Assembly (NCBI RefSeq): GCF_037042905.1
Contig: NC_087251.1
Location: 37,882,001 to 37,946,000 of the forward strand
Direction of reading: 5' to 3'
Length of the DNA: 64,000 nt
From: Lytechinus pictus
Lineage: Eukaryota
In this document: positions 26,802 to 39,200 of the stretch, one piece after another
Numbering within the stretch: the stretch's first letter is position 1
Layout: each line of letters begins with the position of its first letter
Made by a program: the position numbers and the translations under genes
Notes under the pieces: model-generated
Told to the model about the DNA's origin: nothing
Seen by the model: the letters and a program-made list of their open reading frames with translations, nothing else
Databases searched by the model: none

Positions 26802-28430
26802 AGGGATGGTCCAGGCTGAAAATATTTATATCTTAATACATAGACTTCACTGAGCAAAATGCCGAAAATTTCATCAAAATCGGATAACAAATAATAAAGT
26901 AATTGAAGTTTAAAGTTAAGCAATATTTCGTGAAAACAGTCGTCATGAATATTCATTAGATGGGCCGATGATGTCACATCCCCACTTTCCGTTTTCTTAT
27001 GTTATTACATAAAATCATATTTTTTTCATTATTTCATACTGTGAATAATGTCTCCCTTATAATGAAATAAGTTACGGCAATACATATCTAATGCACTAAA
27101 TAAGTTGTCAATCCAATTTTTCTAGTTCTTGGAGGAAAAAAATTAAATAAACCTAATTTCATATAATAAAATACAAAAGAACAAGTCAGTCAGACGGCAG
27201 GTCTCAAGAAAGTGGCTTCTTTCATGACTTGAGATGTTTTGCATATTTAATGAGCTTGATGCGGACCAAAACACCTCTTTTCATTCGGTCATTGCTGCTC
27301 TACTTGTGCATCGAATTTCATGAATTTGGTATCATTGTAAAGAAGAATTGTTCTTTCAGGTCATGTGTTTTAATTTATTCAAAGATTTTGTAATATAGGT
27401 TAAAATTTTGATCTAAAATATGCTACAAAATAATTATTTTCACCTGAAAAAAGCTGCTATTTTCACACTTTATTTTTGTTTGAGCCCAAATGATTTTTAG
27501 ATCATGATAAAGCTGAATATGTATGCTTTAAAATGATATAGGTTTCAAAATAAGAATTGGTTTAATCGGGTCAAGATCACACTTTTCATTTGCCAAGTAC
27601 ATAAAGCAGCTTGAAAACAAGAATACTGCACTTTGATTGGTCAAAGAGACCACACACTGGCAAATTCCAACGGTTCCAGTGCCTGGGTTCATGGGAAGGT
27701 TACACTTCCCATGTGGTAATCTCCTCAAATACCCCGCGCCTGTTGTTCTGTGAACCTTATCCAGCCAATCAGAACTCTGGATTTCATGCAAGTACAAAAT
27801 TTCAGAAATCTCGTCTTGTACCTTGGTGGGAAAAGTGTGATCTTGACCCGATTATAAGGTGCCGCATATCAAGAGTGGCATTGTGAGAAAGTACAGAAGT
27901 TCAGCTTTATGGTGATATAGATATCATTGAGGCTCAAAATAAAAAGGTTTGCACAATTTGCAAAAGAAAATAGAGGAAGAAAATTCAGTTTTGAGGCACA
28001 TTTTCAGGGCAGAAATTTACTTATTTAACAAAATATTGTATACAAAATAAATAACCAATATGAAAGAGTAACATTTACTCTATCTGATGGTGCAATAATA
28101 TTTCATTTAACTTGAGGTTAAAACAGGTAAATTCTTAAAGAAAATCTCACGAATCACGGCATTTTGCAAGGATTCAGCCACAAGATGATTTGGATGAATC
28201 TGGCCTTTTTGCTCATTAGCATAGGGACCTGTGGTCTGTCTGAAGTGGGGATGTGACATCAGCCCACCTAATGAATATTGACGACGACTGTTTTCACGCA
28301 ATATTGCTCAACTTTAAAATTCAATAACTTTATTATTTGTTATCCAATTTTGATGAAATTTTCTGCATTTTGCTCAGTGAATTCTACTCTATTTACTAAG
28401 CTATAAATACTTTCAGCCAGGACCATCCCT
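26802..28430. mobile_element. Kolobok-type MITE (AGG...CCT termini, TTAA TSD) carrying a nested insertion
   Basis: TTAA|agggatggtccaggctgaaa ... tttcagccaggaccatccct|TTAA, with long imperfect inverted arms. Confidence 0.85.
27187..28242. mobile_element. Non-autonomous TIR element, CAGTCAG termini, 4-bp TSD (AAGT)
   Basis: aagt|cagtcagacggcaggtc ... gacctgtggtctgtctg|aagt. Removing it restores the host arm aacaagt|ggggatgtgacatc. Confidence 0.8.
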
Positions 28431-28490
28431 TTAAAAAGCTATTGACGAACTGAATTTGCTTCTCAACTTTTGAATTGCTTTAATAATTGT

Positions 28491-28750
28491 GGAGCGTTGT
28501 GGCCCAGTGGATTAGTTGCCGGACTTTGAAACAGAGGGTCATGGGTTCGAATCCCAGCCATGGCGTAATTTCCTCCAGCAAGAAACTGATCCACAATGTG
28601 CTGCACTCAACCCAGGTGAGGTAAATGGGTACCGGTAGGAATTCCTTAAAAAGCTGTGTGCGCTATGAACGCCTAGCTTAGCCGGGTAATATAGGAGTGC
28701 CTTGAGCACCTAACAAGGTGGATATGTGCGCAATATAAATACCCTATATT
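28491..28750 (+). mobile_element. tRNA-derived SINE (full length)
   Basis: A box TGGCCCAGTGG, B box GGTTCGAATCC, central cactcaacccaggtg...taaatgggtacc, LINE-like tail gccttgagcacc...gcgcaatataaat. Confidence 0.85.
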
Positions 28751-29270
28751 AATATGACATAAAAAGAAACAATCCCAAGAAAAAGACAATTTAACATGAA
28801 AATAAGGCTGGTTTATGCAATAGTTATTTGTTTATATCTGTTGCCAACTTACAGACTTGGAAGGATAGTGCATCCCAATATAAAGTTGACTTCAATAAAT
28901 GACATCCAATTAAACAAGCACCCCCTAATTAAATGGAATAAACAAAGGAATTAAATATATTCTGCAAAAAGAAATACAGGTAAGCAAAATGATCAGCTGA
29001 TGTAATAAACACACTCAGTTTTGTACTTTTTGTGGAATCTGTGATAATGGATTTTCTTCATAGGTATGCATGAACCGTAATCTTTCCCTTCTTCCATTCA
29101 AGTGACAGAAAAGATTGTTGTAGGTATTCCGCAGGGAGCCAAACCAAGATTTACATTCTTGGTGCAAAAAAATATTTGTGATATTTCAAAGTTCAAAATT
29201 CATATTTTTTTCCTCTCTCACTTGCTCTGCCCTTTTTTCTTTCCTGCAAGTTTTTCAAGTTAGTCTTTTC

Positions 29271-29476
29271 CAGAGCTGCCAACCTGAACAAGTACATTTC
29301 AGTATTTTAAAAGCTGAAAATAAGTATTTTGGTGAGGAAATCAGTATTTTCAAAGAAATATAATAGGACAACACATAAACTGAAACTTTAGAAATCAGTA
29401 TTTTGTATGAAAACATCAGTATTTTTCACATTTTTCAGTACTAAATACGGAAAATAAGTACTACTTGGCAGCTCTG
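29271..29476. mobile_element. hAT-like MITE with 6-bp TSD
   Basis: cttttc|CAGAGCTGCCAA ... TTGGCAGCTCTG|cttttc; internal tcagtatttt repeats. Confidence 0.75.
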
Positions 29477-29607
29477 CTTTTCCCATCCTCAACTCACCCA
29501 ACAATTGAACAATCAATACAAGTTTTAGCTGACTCTTAAAAAAAAATAAAAAAGCCATGTTTTTATCTGTGTATTCTTAACAATACCCTAGCTTATTCAA
29601 TGTTTTA

Positions 29608-29882
29608 AGGCCTGGTCCAACTGCCTACGGACACATAACGTACTCATAACGGATACAGCGGACAAGTAAAATTTCGGGGTGGCTCCATCCTTTTTCATCC
29701 GCTCCGGAAAATGGACAAAATTGGCGAACAATGAAATCAGTGGACGGATGCTCGATGGATATAGTGTATGAAACACATATGCAAGGAGCACACAACAGAT
29801 ACATAACGTTTTCCAACGGATGGCAGGATTCTTTTCCGTTTAACATCCTCTCTGCATCCGTAAGTGCAGTGGGACCAAGCCT
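29608..29882. mobile_element. PIF/Harbinger-type MITE
   Basis: TTA|aggcctggtccaactgc ... gcagtgggaccaagcct|TTA; internal acgga/tccgt repeats. Confidence 0.75.
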
Positions 29883-31053
29883 TTAGCCAGACTTCTTTTT
29901 CAAAAGAAGGATTGTTAGATACAGTAGTACACGGATCTACTGTCATAATCTGACCCCTTTGAATGAACTCCTGGGGGAACTGTCATTTCGTGATGGACAC
30001 CAAGCTTGTTCACAAAAACTAGTTTAGGATCCATTTTAAAAATCCAGGTACGATTATAGTTTCAACATTGTAATGACAGTATTCTCTGGCATTCAAATTA
30101 CGATCACTCATTTATGATAGTTTGCACACAATTTACAAAAATAAGTTCTATACTTGAGGATATTTTGAATAAAAACACATTAAGTATTTAATGTTCATGT
30201 AAGAAAAACAAAATTCTTGCAAAAAAAAAATAGTACATTAAAGAGTTCATAATACTGAACAGTCTGCATACAAAAAATACTGGCCAGTACCATAATTTTT
30301 GGCAAGATATTATAGACTTACAGCACAAAAACAGGTGCAAAACCTGGGGGGTGGGCGCACTCGGTAATGTTTGGTTGTTAATAAACTCAGAATACAAATG
30401 TATATGATACAGCTGATCCCAATTTTCAGCCCTAAATTTCAGTTCCTAACATTGCGATTTCTGAAGCCACACATAACTTTCCACACTTCAATTTGCTTTA
30501 TTTTCCTTCCTTTCAGCCATGAATTTAACTAGAGTAGTACATTTCCAGTGCTGTTACCGAGAGCCCCATTTTAAGACCCAAGTTTAGTTCCACAGCCCCC
30601 AATTTGCAACTTCGCCACAGCATATAGGTATCATTTTATACGTTGAGAGCCTCCCGCCCTCAGGGAGGCTCAACATTATATATTAAACATATTACTCTGA
30701 GACAAATCTTATGAGATCAAACTCAATTTTGAAAAATTATCCAAAAAACATATTAGCTCTATAATCGCAAAGGAGGCGAGATATGAACATTTTAACCAAC
30801 GTATTACACTACATATATATTTAAAAGGATGTAAATATAAGGGATATGTTGAGATAAAATGAAGACAGTTCAGAAAGATACTACTATGGTAACTTTGCCA
30901 TCCAATGGTATCACTGATCAGCAGCCAATCAAAATCAAGGATCCCATGCAAGTTACATTTGCTTGAAAGGTTATCACAATGGTAACTTTTATGCTATGGG
31001 GCCGTGGTGCACTGAAGGATAGTTCAAGGAAACAGTGGTAACATACATGTACA

Positions 31054-32836
31054 CAGTCAGTCGGCAAGCCCTCAAAAAGTAGCTTCTTTTATCCAAGTGA
31101 TGATCATGACTGGAGTGTTTTGCAGTGTTAAAGAGCTTGGTACAGACCAAAACACTTCTTTTTGTTCGGCCATTGCTGCTCTAAATATTGACCAAATTTC
31201 ATGTTTTTGGTATCTTTATAAAGAACAAGTGGAATGCCTCTGGCCGTCTCACCTGCATCACGCGATTCAATATAGCAGCAGTGCTGATTTTGAAAACTAC
31301 TATAACTCGCACAAGACGTTCAGTGATACTTGGTTACTCTTATTTCCACGTTTTATGAACTAGACCAATACACTTATAGAGATATGATGGCAATTCAACA
31401 AATACCCCCAACGTGGCCAAAGTTCTTTGACCTTGATCATGTGACCTGAAAGTCGCACAGGATGTTCAGTGATACTTGATTACTATTATGTCCAAGTTTT
31501 ATGAACTAGACCAACACAATTTCAAATTTATGGCTGTAATTCAACAAATACCCCAATTTGGCCAAAGTTCATTGACCCTAAATGACCTTTGACCTTGATC
31601 ATGTGACCTGAAACTTGCACAGGATGTTCAGTAATACTTGATTACTATTATGTCCAAGTTTCATGAATCAGATCCATAAACTTTCAAAGTTATGATGGTA
31701 ATTCAACAGATACCCCCAATTCGGCCAAAGTTCATTGACCCTAAATGACCTTTGACCTTGGTCATGTGATGTGAAACTCAAGCAGGATGTTCAGTGATAC
31801 TTGATTAACCTTATGTATAAGTTTCATGAACTAGGTCCATATATTTTCTAAGTTATGATGACATTTCAAAAACTTAACCTTAGGTTAAGATTTTGATGTT
31901 GATTCCCCCAACATGGTCTAAGTTCATTGACCCTAAATGACCTTTGACCTTGGTCATGTGACATGAAACTCAGGCAGGATGTTCAGTAATACTTGATTAA
32001 CCTTATTGTAATATAGGGGAAACTTTTGATCTAAAACATGAAACAAAATTATTTTCATGCAACAAAAGTTGTTTTTACACTTTAATTTCTATTTGAGCCC
32101 AAATGATTGTATTAGATTATGATAAAGCTGAAGATCTAAGCTTTAATATGATATAATTTTTATAAGAGGTATTTCAGATGGGTCAGCAGCCAGCTTTTCA
32201 TAGGCCAAGTACATTTAGCAGCTCAAAAACAAGAATACTGCGCTCTGATTGGTCATAGAGACCACACACCCACGCAAATTCCAATGTTCCCACACTCGAC
32301 CTCGGCAAGGTCAAACTCACCATGTGGTAATCTCTTCAAATTACCCTCGCCTGTTGTTTTGAAAACATTATTCAGCCAATCAGAACTTTATGTTACTCAA
32401 AATTTCAGAAATCTCGTCTTGCATCTTGATGGAAAAAGCTGGCTGCTGACCCATCTAAAAGGTTCACATATCAAGAGTGACATTGTAAGAAAGTAGAGTT
32501 TCGAGCATTTTGATGATATAAATAATGTTTGTTCCCAAAACACAAAATTTTACACAATTTGCAAGAGAAAACAGAGGAAGAAAACTCTGTTTGAGGCATC
32601 TTTTCAGACCTGAAATTCACTTATGTATCAAAATATTTTATTCAAAAGAAATAACCAAGAGTAACGTTTACTCTTTCCTATGGTACAAAAATAATCAATT
32701 TTACTCAAGGAGAAAATGGTTAAATTCTTTGAGAGAAAAGTCTCACAATTCACGAGATTTTGCAGGGATATAAATTCAGCCACGAGAGGACTTGGATAAA
32801 TCTTGCTCATTAACACAGGGGCTTGCAGACTGACTG
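31054..32836. mobile_element. Second, diverged copy of the CAGTCAG element (4-bp TSD TACA), interrupted by a HINE-like element
   Basis: taca|cagtcagtcggcaagccc ... gggcttgcagactgactg|taca; collinear with 27187-28242. Confidence 0.8.
31223..32007. repeat. End-truncated HINE-like element with ~175-bp tandem units
   Basis: Same head as 25943 (aacaagtggaatgcctct...atatagcagcagtgctgattttgaaaac). Repeated gttcattgaccctaaatgacctttgaccttg at about 31567, 31730 and 31922. Confidence 0.75.
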
Positions 32837-32890
32837 TACAATGCCTATCAAGTGACATTCAGGAATCAACAGCCCAATCACAAACCTGCA

Positions 32891-33254
32891 TGGTGCCAAT
32901 TCGTCCACTCACCACATGGTCTACCTTCATTTAGTCTAATGCCATTCTGTCCAACATTTCGTCTAACGACCATTTGGTCCAATCATCACTTCGTCTATAA
33001 CCATTTCGTCTCATAAACAATTGGTCTAATATTCATTTTATTTTCATTCATTTTGCCCAATAAACACTTCGTCTATTTAGACCAAATTGTATATGGACTA
33101 CATGGCAATTGGACCAACTGGTAATTAGACGAAATGGTGAGTGGACGAAAAGGCAATTAGACCATGTGGATATTGGATGAACTGATGGTAGACTAATGAT
33201 AGTAGACAAGTTGGCAATTGGACGAATTGGCATTGGACCAAATGAAAATAAACC
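32891..33254. mobile_element. MITE built of ttcgtcta/ttggtcta repeats in inverted halves
   Basis: tgccaattcgtcca / tggacgaattggca inverted arms; the short-motif array flips orientation at about 33090. Confidence 0.6.
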
Positions 33255-34120
33255 AAATCAATACATGACACTTTAATACAATACAGCATATTTACAACAT
33301 TTATACTAACTTTTTAAGAATTTGAAAATTTCCAAAGATTTTTGCAAAGAATGTTCTCCCAGATTTTTTTTGTATGTAGCCTTATATCATATGGGCTTGA
33401 CATACATAATTACCAAGCCTTGTAGCGCTATGTCTTCAAAAGCCATGACATTGTCAGGAAGTTTCCTCCCATTGTTCTTCTTACAAATTACACATATCTG
33501 AATAGAATAAGGTGAAGAGTTGTTTTGTGATTCATACATGCACCTAATCTTTATCAGGATATACACATTGGAACATATGTATTGAGTTAAGAAAATAACA
33601 GCATTGCCAAATATGAATTTTTACCAAGTTATGAACATACCTACCTGAAGTTTTACACCATTCTGTGTTTAATAATGTATTATTACCCCCCCTCTCCCCC
33701 GGTGAACAAAAATGAAAGCAATTAATTCTCCATCAAAACTACCATCTATCGGCTAATGCATATACAATGTTGGCAAGGCTGGCACCCCTCTCCCACCCCC
33801 CCTGTTTGAAAATACATCAGTAAAATGGAACGTGGCTAACAATAAAAATAGATAATGAAAAAAAAAATACATACAAAATTGCGAATGCTTATTGTGAATC
33901 AAGGCATTTTTTTCCTTTTCAACGGTTTGATAATTGACTAATGGCACATGTTGATTATGATTTCAGCTGCTCTTTTATTATTTTTATCAATAAAACCGAC
34001 ACGCTCAAGGTAAAAGATACATCCATTAATCTGCATAAGATACTGTAAGACTTCAACTATTCCAAATCACTTTGGTTTTAATCCTATTTATACTCATAAA
34101 ACTTTCCACAACACACTTTA

Positions 34121-34650
34121 AGGACAAGTCCACCCCAACAAAAAGTTGATTTGAATAAAAAGAGAAAATTCCAACAAGCATAGCACTGAAAATTTCATCA
34201 AAATCGGATGTAAAATAAGAAAGTTATGACATTTTAAAGTTTTGCTTTACTTAACAAAACAGTTATATGCACATCCTGGCTGGTATGCAAATGAGGAGAC
34301 TATGACGTCATCCACTCACTATTTCTTTTGTATTTTATTATATGAAATTTTCTTATTTTCTCCTCATTGTCAAGTGATGGTTCAGTCAAGTTTGTCCTTA
34401 TTGTCAAATCTATGAAAGATGAAATATTGTATAATTCAAACAATCAAAAACAAAAGAAATAGTGAGTGATGGACATCATCGACTGACTCACCTAGTTGTG
34501 CATATCACTGTTTTGTAAAAAATAAGCGAAACTTTAAAATGTCATAACTTTCTTATTTTACATCCGATTTTGATGAAATTTTCAGCACTATGCTAGTTTG
34601 ATTTTTCTCTATTTATTCAAGTTAGCATTTTCCGGGGGTGGACTTGACCT
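34121..34650. mobile_element. Kolobok-type MITE (AGGACAAGTCCACCCC family)
   Basis: aggacaagtccacccc ... ggggtggacttgacct; degenerate TTAA flanks; same family as 49032-49623. Confidence 0.85.
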
Positions 34651-34981
34651 TTGATGGTTTTGTTTTACACCCAAGGCTGAACAGGAAAAGGGTATACAAA
34701 TCTATCATACACATTTTTGACACAAGGGCTTAAAGTCAGATAGATGCTGGTGCATAGCAGTGCATGCTAACAACAAATACTTCCATTTCACTTCCCGCCT
34801 ATTCACACAAAAATTGATCTCCCATGCTTAATCATGCACATACAGGTGTATTGAGAAAACAATGATATTTTCATTTACAAGGAAACAAGGATTCATGGAA
34901 GAGAAAACTGTACTTAACATGAAATCAATTTCACTTCAACTTTTCAGATTGTGCATACTTTGCACTCCAGTTAGTTGCATC

Positions 34982-35139
34982 GGGGCCCATTGCATCGAAG
35001 TTACCATAATGGTAACTTTGCCATCCAATGGTAACTTGCAAAAAATCTTTGATGTTGATTGGCTATTGATATCATTACCATGCTAGTTGCAATTGGATAT
35101 CAAAGTTACCATAATAGTAACTATTATGCAACAGGACCC
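34982..35139. mobile_element. Palindromic MITE (ggggcccattgcat...gttacc family)
   Basis: Inverted ends. Related copies at about 30870-31003 and 44240-44347. Confidence 0.6.
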
Positions 35140-35996
35140 TAGAACAGTGTTGGACTTCTTGGTTTGTCATAGGATGAAAACAAACTTTTATCAATGGTTT
35201 GCCACAAACATCGATGCTAACAGAATGATGTCCTTCGCTTTTCAACCAGGTGGGTGCTCCTAAAGCTGCATGTAACATATGATTTTACGCACGACTGGTG
35301 ATCCTTTTGTGTGCTAAATTAAACCTCTGACTTTGCACCTACGAACATGTTCCAGTCATGTGTAAAGTTGTGCATAACTTTACAAACAGCTGTTATGAAC
35401 GCCCATGGAATGCCTTGCCTCCTTCTAGTGTGATTCCTGTGAAACAGAGAAATGAAAAGCGAAAGAAATTTTTTAAAATATAAGAGTTATTTCAAAATTA
35501 CTGCTTCACCTGTTCAGTATAATCACAGTCAAATATCTATTTTTTCCCCCTTTAAATTTGAGAAAACATCCCTCAGTTGTATAATTATTGATCATCTTGT
35601 TTGTTATATTAGTCTGCTTTTTTTCAAATAAATGTCAGGCAGTTTTTTTTTTTTTTGGGGGGGGGGCAAATTGATATTATAGCAGAAAGAATTTAAAATT
35701 GAACTGAAGATCTTTGTCTGGCATGGATAAAATAATACTGATAAAGTTTGCTTTTAAAGCACATATAACAATGATAATATACAGTTTATTTGGACATATT
35801 TTCATATAGAATAGTTAACTTTTTAACTACTAATGACTTCATCATTCCCCAAATATAGAGAAATTGTTTTACATACCTAATCAAATGATCAGGCCCTCCT
35901 TGATGACAACCATTTGCAAGGAGGGATGATGATCACTAGGTTGCCTGATAAACTATCAAAGGATTAGGTTGCCTTACATATCATCTAACGATGAGT

Positions 35997-36207
35997 TTAC
36001 ATCTCTGGCCTGTGAGACATGTGGTTTCCAAGGTCTTCATGGAATCCTTTGGCGGAGTAAGATTGCCGTGGACTACCCCGAACGCGAGGACTGTCCCTGT
36101 GAGCAAAGCGCCCTCGTTGAGGACTCCTGCCAGGAGGATGTCCTATCATCTGAACGGCTTCGGCTGCAAGATCTTCTGCTCTTTGAAACCCATTGGGAGT
36201 GGACAGT
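35997..36207 (-). CDS. lark: lark/RBM4 distal alternative terminal coding exon
   Basis: ttcccccatcacag|A LSTPNG...GRSPQRGRFAHRDSPRVRGSPRQSY...RPEM*. Phase 2 and open for 69 codons. An in-frame alternative acceptor is at 36246. Confidence 0.6.
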
Positions 36208-39200
36208 CTGTGATGGGGGAATAGAAGTGATATGGTAATTAGACGACTGTAAATTATCTACCATAATTCCATTCATTAATATCTTATTGGGCATTGCAAG
36301 AAACTTACTTTCAATTGCAAATTAAGCGCTCTTCACAAAAGAGTATTGGGGAGATGCAAGACGGTCGAGTCACTTGCAACTGAACGCAAAATAACTAAAA
36401 AAAATTGAGTTCAATGGACTGATCCTCAACTTTGGTACAAATGCCTAATTTTGAATTGAATTGCTTACAATGCCCAACAAAATACACAAATAAGTAGTAT
36501 CCTATTAAAAAAAAGTTAAAACCATTCTTAATATGTAAAAAAAAAAATTACTTTGAACTACGGATGCATTCTATAAATTTCTATTCATCATACATTAAGT
36601 CAATTAATACTTCTTTTATATTTAAGAACCAACTTTATGATGCTGATTTATTACTAATTTCTCATCCTGTGCTGGCAATTAAGAAAAAAAACACACCTAT
36701 AATATGTAAAAGCATAATGAAGAAAGCTCCTTTGTATAAACTGATGATCCGGAACATTACAAAAGCATATCTTTCGCTTTCAGCAGCTATCTTATCCGGT
36801 CACGCAATGAGAGATACTTACAGGTTCTCGGAAGAATAATCACGACAAGGAGATTAATTCTTTGATCGCAAAGCGAACACATTTGCCATCGGTGCATGAA
36901 TATCTTGAAGTTATCCGGAAACGCGTCATCACGCTCTTGTTCATCGTATAGTTCACGAACATCGCACTTGCGGGATACCTTAGTTCCTCGGTAAAAAGGA
37001 CACACATTCCTTCCGACTCCTCTTCTGGTCAATTGGCCACAAACTCTAAACTCTGATAAAACATTCGTTTTTTCATATCAGCGAATAAGGAATCAACATC
37101 TACACAGTTCCGCTTCTCGACTAACAATAAACATTGGTCAATCCTAGCAACAAAGCTTGAGTAAGGCATTCTGGAAGGCATGTCTGTGATCGAATTCTGA
37201 AACGTTTTTACTGAAATGGTATTTTGACGATACAGGCAACAGGCCTATAATTCTATCTGACAACGAAACATTAAATATCGTTTTCATATTTCCTTCTCAC
37301 TATATTCAAATTCATATCAATGAAATCAGAAGTGGGATTAACATATGAAATTATTATATTTCTTGTCCAAATTTCTCAGTGTCTTGATAATCAATTGTGA
37401 CAATTTTTTTTGCATGATTGGGATTACAAAGCACCCTTTGCAGTGACAAATGTGTATTATGGAAGCATCTTAAACGAAAGACATTGTAGAAATGACTTTG
37501 GACAAGAAAGTAAAGAAGCGCTACAAGCTAATCCCAAAGAAATTTTCAATTTCATTGATAAGGTTCAAAGGAAAATCCTTATAGCGTAGATAAAGATTTT
37601 GAATTGTTGGAGACAGGAAATCCAAGACTTTTGAATGTTTCTTTTTAAACATTCAAGTTCTTATTATTGATCTATTGGAATATGAGATTCCTTCCCGGAA
37701 GACGTACATGTAATCTGTATCCGGAAAGCAAAATTATTGGCATGACTCTACCCTACATACATAAAGAAATTTTTCTTGTCAGATTTTCAAATAGCAATTT
37801 TATCATTAAGGAGACATCCTGAAAAAGATGGTTTTAACAAAAAAGGTGAAATTCAAAGGTTGGTGAAAATTTTGTTGATTTTGATATTACAAAGCATGGA
37901 AACTTCGGAAATTTAGATTTATCAAATGCAATAATTCATTATCATACCTGTCTTTTTTGTAAAACTCATCAGAAAATAGGAGAGAATCCCCACGATAATT
38001 ATAATAGTAAAATTTGTAAAGCGTTATAAGTTTGAAGCAGTAAATTCTAAGTCAAGGTGTTTGAACTCTGAATTTTGACAATGAATTCACCAGAATTTGT
38101 TGAAATTTTCACCAAATTAACTTCCTTATTTTTTTCTATTAACTAAACAAAAGTCATACAGGACCTATTGATCAACTGACTACTATGAAGAACACTGTGT
38201 TCAAGATGTAAACATGCTCATAAACAGAATAGAAATTGCTTTCATTAGTAATGCTGCTTTGACTCAAGAAGATAAAACCGCTGAATGACTTTTTTTTTTA
38301 CAGAATTTTATTGACAGAAATACAACAATTGCTAAAACAGCTAAAAGCGTCCACTTTGTTGGTACAGTATAAAAAGAATTATCACCGAAGTCGTACATAA
38401 AATTTGACATTTTCTTGTGAACGGACAACGCGGTATCCGACAATAGCAAATAATCGCCAGTGAACACTTAGCGGTCAAGAGTAACAAATTATTTTTCAAC
38501 GCTGGGTTATGTCCAAAGTGATCGATTCACTGGCTCAATAATACAAACAGTGGTCAGAGATTTAACGCATATCAAGATACTTGGAAGTTGCAATCAAAAG
38601 TTCAGTTTCGTAAATTCTCTTTAAACGTTAATTCTACGATCAGGAAACATTTCGGTTATAAAAAGGAATACAGCTATTTACATGATCTACGGGTCAACAT
38701 CTGTACGCACACACAAACAACTAATACATCCGAAGAGCTTATCAATTCTCAGTATCGTAATTCTGTCCATGATACTATTTACATTTCTAGATGTTCTGAT
38801 CTTTGATACGGAGAACGGATCGAATCTCTGAAACCGCGAGTCTCGTTAGCATAACTGCGGAACGGTGCTTGGTAAGGTCCGGATACTGTGATATGGGATC
38901 AGCGTGGTGCGACTAGATGGGGATATATCCGGTAACTCGGTCGCGATTTTCTTGCTTTTTAGAATGCCGACGTCTGACGCGGAGGACTGTAACGGGCCCT
39001 CGGTGGTGGGTAGCTGTAGGGGAGGGTTTCACGCAACGGAAAAAAAAAAGAATGATCAATGGTAAAGATAGCACAAAAGGCGCATCATCTCGCTCTGCGT
39101 AGCAAATCAGCACGGAGGTTTACGTGCTAAAAAAAAAAATGCAGATGATTCAGATATGAAAAGGTAATTGTATACAATATGAACACAAACACACAAAATT

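Noticed and set aside
26802-28430. piggyBac assignment for the TTAA-flanked MITEs
   Set aside because: Termini are AGG...CCT rather than CCY...RGG, which fits Kolobok better.
28491-28565. tRNA gene
   Set aside because: A and B boxes are present, but the sequence continues into a SINE body and tail with no proper acceptor stem or terminator.
31300-32007. CRISPR-like repeat-spacer array (also 15540-17070)
   Set aside because: Eukaryotic context; the intervening sequences are homologous to each other (tandem units) and there are no cas genes.
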